The translations under genes were made by a program, and so were the position numbers. This document shows positions 11,442 to 21,559 of a stretch of DNA of 64,000 bases, in pieces; within the stretch, counting starts at the first letter, position 1; the number at the start of each line of letters is the position of its first letter. Location of the stretch: the NCBI GenBank assembly GCA_034226945.1, contig CP120456.1, positions 372,001-436,000 on the forward strand. The letters are read 5' to 3'. Source of the stretch: Picochlorum sp. SENEW3. Its lineage: Eukaryota. Below the pieces are notes generated by a model, which ran no database searches, had not been told where the DNA came from, and saw only the letters and a list, made by a program, of their open reading frames with translations.

Positions 11442-14400
11442 TTGTTTATATTTTGGGCAGGCCATAAATTGCGAATAGGAAATGTGTATATGCCAACAAC
11501 CTCTACGCCAGATCATTGGTCCATCAGCACTACCTTGATCACTCAAATAAAGGCTAACATACATGCTAACACAGGCATTATATATGCAGGAGACTGGAAC
11601 TTTATTGAGGACCAATGCCTCGATACTACATCGAAGAGGAGAACCAACAACAAACAGGAACAGTATCTAATCAAATATTGGCAACAAATGATGGGTAACA
11701 ACATTCAGGAATGTCAACAAGAGACACTCCGCCAGAGAGGCAGATACACACAACATCATGGTACTCCAGCCGGCACCATACACAGTAGACTGGACAGATA
11801 CTACATATCTCCAGATATAGACCGTTATATCATACAGCCTATCAAGACGATAGAAATACATAGCTATGGACTGACATCTGATCATAAGCCTGTTATAATG
11901 AGTGTGGTGAGCAAAACACCAACTCCTGCAACCTCCACCAATGAGCACAAAAAAGTCTATATGAGAAGGATCAAAACTGCTGCCAAATGCCATCACGACA
12001 CAATGGAAGAAGCACGAAACCAATTCCATAGGTTTCTCACAAGATTTCAAGACGGAATATGGTTGGATACCCACATGGACGAATCTGACCGCTACAGCAG
12101 AATACTGAAACACTATCCACATATCAAGAAGGAATTGGGCAAAATCTGGAACCAAGCATCTCATAAAGCATTGGATATACTAAAAAGGGACCTGGAGCAC
12201 GCTACACATCAAGGAATCGACAGACATATTAAAGACTGCAAACGAAGGTTATCTCAAGGTCAACAGGCAAACCGCTTAGATTCCCACAGCTGCATCCCGA
12301 ATGATTCAATGGATATCTTATCTTATCAGTTATTGCAGAAGCCAAAAAGCAAAAACTTCATTGGAGCACTGAAGGACCCAAAGTCAAACTACACGTATAA
12401 TAGCCCCAAAACGATAGCAAACTGCTTAGTCAATACAATAGCAGATGTATCCCAGATGCCAGACACAACTGCAGCAGCTCAATTTGACATGTTACATCTC
12501 ATCACTGCAGACGATGAAACTATATTTCCAAGATTCAGTAATCCCTCATCAGAGATTACCCCCCAAGAAGTCTCCAAAGCACTCAGGAAAATGCGTAACT
12601 CTAGCCCAGGAGATGATGGTCTTCAAATTGTTCACTACAGAAAGTTCAGTAAATGGATGTGCCCAATCCTGGCTACACTATTCTCAGCGATCATACAAAG
12701 AAGAGAACTACCAGCCAACTTCCATAATGGTACCATTAGAGCAATCGAAAAGGGAGGAAATATTACTGACCCAGCAAACTATAGACCTATCACCTTGCTA
12801 AACGTGGACTACAGAATATTTGGGTTCATTCTTAAAGAACGAATGACATTGAGTCTCCAGCATTTGATTCCCCCAACACAGACAGCATTCCTTCCAGGCA
12901 GACAAGCAGCAGAAAACATCTGGGCAGTTCAAACAATCCCCTACCTCCTCCACCAGGAAAACAGAGAAGCCTTAATTGCCCTCTGTGACTTTCGTAAAGC
13001 CTATGACACCATCGACAGGCACTTTTTATTTCAGATATGTCGCAAGCTACAGATGCCTGAATATATGATTGGATGGATTGAAGTAATGCTGACAGACACA
13101 AAGAGCCGAGTCTATGCAAACCACTGCTTCTCAGATTACAGATCTTTTCTTGCAGGACTTCGACAGGGATGCCCTGCTTCCCCAACTCTCTACTTACTAA
13201 TCGGATATATCCTTGCTCGCTTGATTCAGAAATCTAAATTAGGAATAACAGTGCAGTGCCCACTACAGACTACCCCTGACTTAGATGCTACAGATATGAA
13301 GATATGCTTATTCCAGTTCGCAGATGATAGCAAACTCATCATTGAAGAAGATCAGGTCCCATTATTCCGGACAGTTATGACACGATTTGCAGAGGCAACA
13401 GGCCAGCATTTGAACAAGGCGAAAACCAAACTCCTGCCAATAGGCATGACAAACCGACTGCAAACCCTGCAACAGATCGATGAATTTACAGTCACAGACC
13501 AGGCGAAGATACTTGGGATAACTCTCCATAGTGGCATTGATCCACCAACATACCAGTGGCAAACTAAAATGAGACAACTACAGAAGCTCACGGATAAAAT
13601 CAAGCGTATGACAGGACTCTCCATCTTTGCAAAAATGGACCTATTCAACAAATTTGTCACCTCCAAACTACTTTATGCTGCAGAGTTCATCCATACTCCA
13701 CCCTCCATTATTGAAGGTATAACCAAGCTGGCCAAACAACTTCTCCCACCTGATGCTCGTTGTTGGAAAACTGAAGGAATACAAACTAGGGCTGACCTCG
13801 GAGGACTGGGCATGCTCCCCTTTCAGAAACATATTAAAGCGCGACAATATAAATGGCTTATTAGACTTCTAACCCTGGGCACCACCACCATATGGTCCAC
13901 CCTCATCTGGAATGCAACGGCGTACTACAAACAGACAACCAGAGAACACAAAGTTATGGCGCTTCAACTCCTCACTCAACCATGTGATCTTCCAGGGGTC
14001 CATCCAGCAATGATGGAATATGAAGAAGCTAATGCAGTTTCCTTTAACTCTCTTATTAATACGGTATTCAGCAACCCAACGGCCATACAACACTGGAACT
14101 TCTGCTGGTATAATTACAAGGGCGACAAAATGCCAATCCAGAAATATACAGTAAAAGCAGGCACAAACCTTCTGATCTTAAACTCAGCAGACCCAGAAAC
14201 ATGGAGACAGAATATTGACACACAGCGCAATTGGATACACAAACTCAGTGAGATTAAACCAACGTTGGGTACCATGCTCGGCAACCTCAGAAAATGGTGG
14301 CGGGCGAAAGTACCCAACCCTTGGAAAGAGATTATCTGGCATATAAACTCAGGTGGGCTTCTAGTAAGCCATATCCCAGAAGAGAGGCTCAAAGCTTGTG

Positions 14401-14885
14401 CCTGTGGTCATGCACAGGCCTCAATGGAACATTGTGCCAGAGATTGTCCAATTGCCAAGCATGTTTATAGCCTTCTCAAACCGGGCATTTTGTATGAAGA
14501 CATCAACAGCCACTTCCAGCTTCTTGTTCATAACATATGGAGCAATACAGCTCCCAAAGATATTGACCCACATATATGGACAGTGATCAGTATTCTCACA
14601 ATCAATGCGTTGGATGTGGGACGCAAAACGGCTTATAGGATGCTACATCACAGTACCAGAGAACAACGACAACACCCACAGGAGATCGTCAGAAAAGCCA
14701 GTCAAACAGCAGAGCAATACTTCTGGGAAACGCTGCAACACAGAAAATCTCAGCTCCCACCACGGTCCAACAACAAGCAAGATTTGCCCTTTCTAAAATG
14801 GCAATCTACCACACATCGATGGAAGATTCAGAAACCATTGGTATGGACTCTCACCAGAAATAACATTCTCAGCAACAGCCGCTAA
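11442..14885 (+). mobile_element. non-LTR retrotransposon (L1/Tx1-like) ORF2: partial APE endonuclease, reverse transcriptase, C-terminal Cys/His knuckle; 5'-truncated
   Basis: EN motifs GNVYMP, AGDWNF, SRLDRYY, SDHKPV; RT motifs SPGDDG, NYRPITLLNVDY, DFRKAYD, GLRQGCPASP, FADD; CACG..EH..DC; intronless, A/C-rich sense strand. Confidence 0.95.
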
Positions 14886-15293
14886 AACAGACAGTACGTT
14901 CAGTTCAACAGTATTTTATAGTCAGTAGAAGTCCAACATCAGATTTTGCCTGAAGTATGATGGCCTCCCTGCTCCTGTTCGGTTTAGTGGTACCAAGAGT
15001 AAAATATTCACAACCTGGAGCAGTCGTCATATGAATGGCCAATAAAATCTGTTTTCTAACACCCAGCAACCTTATCGTTGAACAGCACTATAGAGAAGTA
15101 TGTCCAATGGACAGCATTTGGGTCAGGAGGTTTTTTTCATCCCTACGTAAATCTCTAAACATTTTATTTAGGGATTTCCTCCTGGGGGCCTGATTGTCTT
15201 GGATGATATTCGTCATATTTTTCGCCTGTGTAATATATCCCAAAAAAAAATTTTTTTACATCAATTTCGGAACAAAACAGCAGATAAACCAAA

Positions 15294-15680
15294 ATGTCTC
15301 TTGAATGGGAGGTTGGCATCTGGAACCCTTGCGCAGATATCGGAAACTGTCTTTGGGGTTGGTTCATCCCATGCTGGCTTCATGGCAGTACTGTTGTGAA
15401 ACTTGATAAAGCTCAGGGGAAGATCGATGATGGTTGTACGAAACCCTGTCTGATATTCTGGTTGCTGCACATGTGTTGCCTGCAGGGTTGTGTTGGGTGT
15501 TCTTCTCGTCGTCAGCTCAGAGATCGTTTCAATTTGGAAGGAGACGACGTGAATGCGTGCTTATCATATACAATCTGCTCGTGTTTGTCGGTGATTCAGG
15601 ATGCAAACGAATTCCGCGCCCAAACAGATGCAGCTCTGAACAAGCCAACCCAGGCGCCTGCTCAGCAAGAGATGAAATAA
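15294..15680 (+). CDS. PLAC8 family Cys-rich protein
   Basis: WxxGIWNPC.D...C..GWFIPC, RRQLRDRFNLEG, CSCLSVIQDANE pattern. Confidence 0.88.
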   Translation: MSLEWEVGIWNPCADIGNCLWGWFIPCWLHGSTVVKLDKAQGKIDDGCTKPCLIFWLLHMCCLQGCVGCSSRRQLRDRFNLEGDDVNACLSYTICSCLSVIQDANEFRAQTDAALNKPTQAPAQQEMK

Positions 15681-15913
15681 ATGCGCTCGATGCCTCTCAT
15701 CGAGCCAGAGAATAAAAACAGATAAAATAAAGTTTTGATCTTTGGTTGCATATAATACTGCAGAGCACTATTGTATGCATCTTCTGTAACAACTCATTTT
15801 GACCACTGTCTGTACTACGATAGTCGAAACCGTGTTTGATCCTTGGAGTGTCGGAACCCGCCCCCATACAGGTATAGACAAACTGTATTTAAAAGATTTC
15901 GATATCGATAGAA

Positions 15914-16312
15914 ATGAATGTCTGCAATGCCCTTGTATTGCTGCTTCTCGTCGCAGCACAAGCAAGGCAGCACAAGAGAGATTTACGACAGACTCAGGGG
16001 TGTGAAAACTGTCCACCGGGGACGGAATGTATATATGAAATGTGCTATACAGTTGTAGCCAGTCCACCTGGGTTGGAGAGTGCGTGTAATGAGGCAGTGT
16101 GTAAAGTTGAATCTGGAGGGACCTGTGTCGAGGACAAGTGTGTTGTACCGGTTAGCATTGCAAGCACGGATACGAATGGTACCCAAACAACAGATGATGA
16201 TAATGATGATGATTCAGTGAATGAAAAAGTATCTGCATCCTCGGCAGTGACACGTTCAATATTGTTGTCTGCTACCATGGCACTCATTGGGTGCCTTGCT
16301 CTTGTTCTGTAA
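15914..16312 (+). CDS. small secreted Cys-rich protein with probable GPI-anchor or TM tail
   Basis: Signal peptide (ALVLLLLVAAQA), 8-Cys domain, acidic S/T linker, hydrophobic C-terminus. Confidence 0.7.
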   Translation: MNVCNALVLLLLVAAQARQHKRDLRQTQGCENCPPGTECIYEMCYTVVASPPGLESACNEAVCKVESGGTCVEDKCVVPVSIASTDTNGTQTTDDDNDDDSVNEKVSASSAVTRSILLSATMALIGCLALVL

Positions 16313-17516
16313 CAACAGCCCATCCTGGTCTATCGTTCTCTTCTACAGTTCCCCACAGCTCCACAAGCTTTCCCTTACTCTGCGGCAGCAGAATTTCTAT
16401 GTATGAATACGTCTCTAAAGGACACATGTCACCATCCTTTTGATAATCGAAAATAACATCAGGGCTCCTTTGATGCCTCAACTCTATATTCTGTATCCTA
16501 TCAATTGCTCTAAACATGTACAGCGTGAGATGAGATCTTCTCACATATTCAGAATCTTCTTTTGCGATTGTATTATTCGGTTCCATCCAAACCCAGGTCA
16601 AATTCTCAATGTAGGCATACCCATGTGTCTGCATCAACTTGCATACAGGATGTACAAGTTCTTTTGGGGTCCATACGAAAATGAATCCATACGGTACAAG
16701 AGATTTGAACGATACAGAAGAGATTCTATTCATTGCGTCGTCATGCGTGTACCCTTTATACCACGTTGAATTCACCAACACAGCCTCTGCCACCGATTCA
16801 GGCAGGATGGATGCAGAAAGCATCTTCATATCTGGAACCTTGATACAACCCGCCGTCCTTTCCTGTTTTGGAGGCGTATATGGAGCTATGATACGTCCCC
16901 AAGACAATGGAATGGGTGGAGGTGGAATCCGAATGAACTGAATAGCATTGGGATCTGCAACTTTGATCCTTCTCCTCACAAGTGCTTGTGTCGACGGATT
17001 ATACGCCGTCACCACCCTGTGCCGTACTTTGGACGACAGTTTCTGTCGAGCTGGTTTCTTTCCTCTCGATCGACCCCCCTTCTTCTTATACTCTGCTTCC
17101 TCCCAGTCATCGTCATCCGACCAAAAGGACCGAAGCATATCCTCATCATCAGAGATGATGTCATCTTCCCCATACCTTTCATGCGTCAACTCCAGAACAT
17201 CATCAATACCTGCTAGCATGGCGTTATTCTGCAGAGCAGTTTTCACGTTGAACATACTTGTCTGCTTGAACACCTGAAGCAACTGATCATCAGTGAGCTG
17301 ATGATCTCCATCCTTGTTTGTCTCTCCATTCTCCTCCAGCTCTTTCGACTTTTCCTCCCGTCTCTGAATCTCTTCCAACTCTTGAAATTTAGACATGATC
17401 ATTTCGGGAGTCTCATCGTCCTCGACATACCCAACATAGTGAACAGCAGAGGGAACTGTGGTTGTCCCATAGCGAGAATTGGTTCTACGCCTCGGCCGCC
17501 GCTCTTCTTTCGACAT
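16284..17516 (-). CDS. MT-A70 family protein, MTA9/AMT6-7-like with degenerate catalytic motif
   Basis: GFIFVWT, YIENLTW, RRSHLTLYMFR, ELRHQRSPDVIFD, LVELWG...RPGW; NSTW at the expected DPPW position. Confidence 0.82.
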   Translation of the reverse strand: MSKEERRPRRRTNSRYGTTTVPSAVHYVGYVEDDETPEMIMSKFQELEEIQRREEKSKELEENGETNKDGDHQLTDDQLLQVFKQTSMFNVKTALQNNAMLAGIDDVLELTHERYGEDDIISDDEDMLRSFWSDDDDWEEAEYKKKGGRSRGKKPARQKLSSKVRHRVVTAYNPSTQALVRRRIKVADPNAIQFIRIPPPPIPLSWGRIIAPYTPPKQERTAGCIKVPDMKMLSASILPESVAEAVLVNSTWYKGYTHDDAMNRISSVSFKSLVPYGFIFVWTPKELVHPVCKLMQTHGYAYIENLTWVWMEPNNTIAKEDSEYVRRSHLTLYMFRAIDRIQNIELRHQRSPDVIFDYQKDGDMCPLETYSYIEILLPQSKGKLVELWGTVEENDRPGWAVVTEQEQGTQ

Positions 17517-17850
17517 TTTATATAAAATGGTATATAAATGACTATTTGAGATGAAATATATCAACTAGGGAGTGTATAAGCGCGGAAGTGAGGAATCTCA
17601 ATTCAAAATATAGGTACGCGTGAAAACCTTATAGCAGCGAATAAAGCACCTCATTAAAGCTTTATTGACATACTATAAGCATTATAGAGCTGCAATTTCA
17701 TCCTATGAACACGATCGCCCTGCCAGGATGATTTTTTGTGTTTTTTATACGGAATTCTGAATGGAATTTGCATTCACTCTCTCTCGGAAGCAGATACTGT
17801 TTCCCTCCTTCAAAAAGAAACAATATCTTCTTTTCATATTCAATACAAGG

Positions 17851-18660
17851 ATGCGGCATGGGCCTCTTTTGAAGCAAATTCAAAGACTTTGGGTTTCGAA
17901 AAGAGTGACGGGTTCCAGTGGAAACAACAGCGTCATCTCGATAGTACCAGGCTGTGCTGCACACATGAGTACGAATTATGATCGTGGGCATGGTGGAGTG
18001 TCGGAGATTCGTCATCAGAAGCGACTGTTGCGACGAGAGGTGAAGAAAGTCTTGGCACAGTTGACTGACAAGGAGATGGAAGCGCAAAGCATGCGGGTAG
18101 CATCTCGTGTGGTTGATGAATTGCGTATGATCGATTCGATAGAGTCAATGACTCTCTTCATATCGTGTCCAAAGTTGAAAGAGGTTGATACGTCGTTGAT
18201 ACTGAGACGAGCTTTGGAGAGCTCATCGGCAGAAAAAAAAGTGTATTTGCCACGAGTATTGGATTCGGATTCCAATATGCATTTCCTGCGAACTCGGCAG
18301 GGCGATACGTACGATATTGTTCCACCTTTTGGTATTCAAGAACCTACGCTGTATGCGCCTGATGGGTCGAAGAGGGAAGATATTGTAGAGTCAGACACAC
18401 CCTTGGATGTCATCTTCATGCCAGGGCTGGCATTCAGCCCACGGGGTGAACGGCTTGGGCGTGGTGGTGGGTACTATGATAGCTTTATAGAAAAATACAT
18501 GACTCATGCGAAGGAAAAGGGCTGGGATACAAAGCCTACGTTGGTAGGGTTGGCATTTGATGAGCAGATTGTGCAAGACCCTATTCCGACAGACAGCCAT
18601 GATCAGTTGGTGGATCTAATCATCACGCCAAGCTGCGTGTACAAGTGCTCCCATTCATAA
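17851..18660 (+). CDS. 5-formyltetrahydrofolate cyclo-ligase (start at 17761 or 17851)
   Basis: KRLLRREVK, EVDT, FGIQEP, DVIFMPGLAF, RLGRGGGYYD. Confidence 0.93.
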   Translation: MRHGPLLKQIQRLWVSKRVTGSSGNNSVISIVPGCAAHMSTNYDRGHGGVSEIRHQKRLLRREVKKVLAQLTDKEMEAQSMRVASRVVDELRMIDSIESMTLFISCPKLKEVDTSLILRRALESSSAEKKVYLPRVLDSDSNMHFLRTRQGDTYDIVPPFGIQEPTLYAPDGSKREDIVESDTPLDVIFMPGLAFSPRGERLGRGGGYYDSFIEKYMTHAKEKGWDTKPTLVGLAFDEQIVQDPIPTDSHDQLVDLIITPSCVYKCSHS

Positions 18661-18722
18661 ATATACAATACTAGTATGACCCTGTGAACAGATAAATTGA
18701 GTACTGGTGCTGCTGAATACAT

Positions 18723-19316
18723 CTATGGTCTCCTATCAAACGGCGCAGTGTCCTCAAAGCACACTGCAAACGCCTCCTCAACTGCCTGTTCAGCCTGTCC
18801 AGGCTTTTGGCAATATGGATTCATTTTCACCGAAAGCAACGCACGCCTCTTCACACATGTTTGATGCTGCTTTCCTACTTTAAAATGCCCTCGAAGCATT
18901 TCCATCTTGTAATTGCAATCTCCAGACAGGGATGCAGCTCGAATCTCACTACATGCATGATGTGCACAGTTGCACCAATCCAAATCCTTGGCCCGACAAT
19001 GATCATACGCATGAATGAGTTCATGTGTCAACGCATGCGTTACTTCTTCCTGTGACCCGAGGTGATTATGGCAGAGGATCACTCCATCAGGAGCGCGGAA
19101 TCCACCACCCACCTCGGCATTGCACTGCTGTACTTTGATAAAATCCTCCTCAATCGTGCATCCTGCCTCTGCTATTTTATCAAGCATGAATTTCACCATT
19201 GGTTCCCTTCTTTTAGCATAATCTACCATTCTCTGGCAGTCTTCAAAGGGCATACCAAACCATTTGGGAGGTTCCGACTCCACAGGCTCGGCAGAAGTGG
19301 TCTGTTTGGTTTGCAT
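18723..19316 (-). CDS. ATP23: mitochondrial inner membrane protease ATP23
   Basis: LTHELIHAYDHCR metalloprotease motif, HHACSEIRAASLSGDC, CFEDTAPF. Confidence 0.95.
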   Translation of the reverse strand: MQTKQTTSAEPVESEPPKWFGMPFEDCQRMVDYAKRREPMVKFMLDKIAEAGCTIEEDFIKVQQCNAEVGGGFRAPDGVILCHNHLGSQEEVTHALTHELIHAYDHCRAKDLDWCNCAHHACSEIRAASLSGDCNYKMEMLRGHFKVGKQHQTCVKRRALLSVKMNPYCQKPGQAEQAVEEAFAVCFEDTAPFDRRP

Positions 19317-19401
19317 CGAGAACCGGTGTTGCAGCTATACTATATCCATTCTGTGCTCATTCGTTATACATAATATAATTTAGAATATATTTAATGACTC
19401 A

Positions 19402-21499
19402 TTAGTGCCATCCGACGAGGGGAGATCCATGGCGCATCATACCATGCCCAACCTGATGGTGATGGCGCCGGTGAACAACAACCCGTGGTATCCTGGATGG
19501 GGGTACCCTATACGCAGGCATCCTTGATCTATCTGCGCATGCTGATGCTTGGCCTGGACGAGTTTGTCCATCACTCGAAGAGCTACGGGGTCCCTTGTAC
19601 ACCATTCTAGTAGTTCGTTTGTAAAAGTCAGACTCTGCTGTTGAACCATCATCCATCGAGTGCAGCATGGAAAATAACCACACGATACATGGGGTTAATG
19701 CGAGAGCCACTGATAATGATAGAAGAGAAGCCTGATTTGCGGCAAAGACAAGCCCGCATGCAATCGGTAATGCAATGCGGAAGCTATACCTGGTGGTTGC
19801 GGCAACCAAATTCTCATTCAATCGAAACAAATGGGCCAATGCCAAGGATCTCGAAGGCAGTGGTGATCCAGTTGCAAGCGCCATAGCGACAAGTGTACTT
19901 GTTGTGACGAGGGCTCCACCCATGGAGTGCGCAAGGAATGCAGCCAGAGAATAGATGAGAAACCCTGGAACCATTCTCGCGGCCAATGTCTGAGTGACTG
20001 TAGGAATCTGCAACAATCATCGGTAACAATCAATACATATTGATTCGTATGCAAAAGCGTTATAGATGCAATGCAGTAGTCTCGTGTCAATAGTGAATCC
20101 CTCAGATTTCATAACAAATATTCATAGAGCGCAACACCGCTCAAACGCAGCCTTCTCTGTTTCTCATCAACAGACACGCAACAATAATACAGGATGGAAG
20201 AGGAATGATGGGCACGATGGAGATGATATCGTATTGTGTCCTATTGAGTCCTCGAAACAAATACTCGTCTGCTCGCATAGTTGCATCAACGTGCTCTCAA
20301 CAGCAACTATCGTCATCGGGAATCAACACGCATATCACACGCATACCTGTCGCGTTTCCACTGGCATTGTTTCAAACAACATGCCCATAGATAGTAATGC
20401 AAGAGGAGCATGCGCTTTTGAGAGCTGCACCGTCGCATACTCCACAAGCGGAGATGGGGTTTTCCCAAGCATCATCATGGCTCCAGCAGCAACACACGCC
20501 CACACCACTGGCTGCGAGATCAAATTCCGCACAATTTCATCCATTCCAATAGGCCCTACAAATACTCTACGTGCGACCAACGCAGCTTCGTTCGCATTCG
20601 CCACAACCAATGCACATTGAGATTCATCAATAGACTTGACCAATCTCCCAGCCTCCCAAACTCCCGCGGACACTTTCCCCGTCGAATACGTCCGCACACC
20701 CACCCCTTCCATCCTACCATTCCTCCATTCTCCTTCATATACACCTCCTTTAGCAAATTTATACACGCCTCTCCCTTCCTTGGTCCCATCCAACCATTCT
20801 CCCTCGTACACAGCACCGCTGGGATAGGTGTACACACCAAACCCATCCTTGAGAGCTCCCTTCCATTCACCATTATACCAGCCCCCGTCAGTATGCTTAA
20901 AATTCTTAGGAAACGCCGGCCCAGCAGTGGAAAAATAAAGAGGCGCGAGAACCTGCGTCGCCACCATATTGACCAACAGACACACCAACCCAGCATGCAT
21001 CGCCTCCTGGCCAAAACACAAGGACACAATAGGAAGCGCAAACAATTCCATCGAAGACCCCAATGACATACCAGCCAACACACCCCGCTCCTTTGGATGT
21101 AAATATCGTGTGCTAGCCCATGAGATGATACCAGGAAGAATAACAGATGCAGAATAGAGCGACGCAGTCAAGAGCACTTGGGCAGGAGTAAGAGTAAAAC
21201 CTCTGCAGGACCATTACTACTAATTCGTCACCACGCAGTATTTTCTAGTTCTATGAGAATATATACACGCACGTGATACATGTTTGAAGAACCACAGAGG
21301 GAAGAGTCACGTAAACAGCCAAACGTCTCAGTGTCTGCACATGAATTCCAACCAATTCGTCATCGCCCATCCTCACCCATCCAATACAAGTTTACCAACG
21401 AACCATTCCATCGACTTCTGTGCACACAGATCCACGCAATGCCATCCCAATGCCATACGAGATGACACAAGGCAGTATGCCTTGGACCACAGACAGCAT
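19402..21499 (-). CDS. auxin efflux carrier (AEC/Mem_trans)-like membrane transporter with MORN repeats in the central loop; exons 21404-21499, 21273-21334, 20347-21202, 19402-20007 (539 aa)
   Basis: Spliced N-terminus ILPCVISYGIGMALRG...LRRLAVYVTLPSVV; ELFALPIVSLCFG; about 4 MORN repeats (YEGEW..G.KEGRG); QPVVWA..., APLALLSMG, RMVPG, SPLP..SLALA; three GT-AG introns in consistent phase. Confidence 0.8.
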
Positions 21500-21559
21500 G
21501 GTATGATTTCCACACAATTACACCATCACAGAGTCACATCAAATATTTATTTAATAAAA

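Noticed and set aside
13312..13330. FADD rather than YADD in the RT as a sign of inactivation
   Set aside because: FADD is normal in active L1-clade reverse transcriptases
20145..20165. ACAGAGAAG as a U6 snRNA signature
   Set aside because: Flanking sequence does not match the rest of U6
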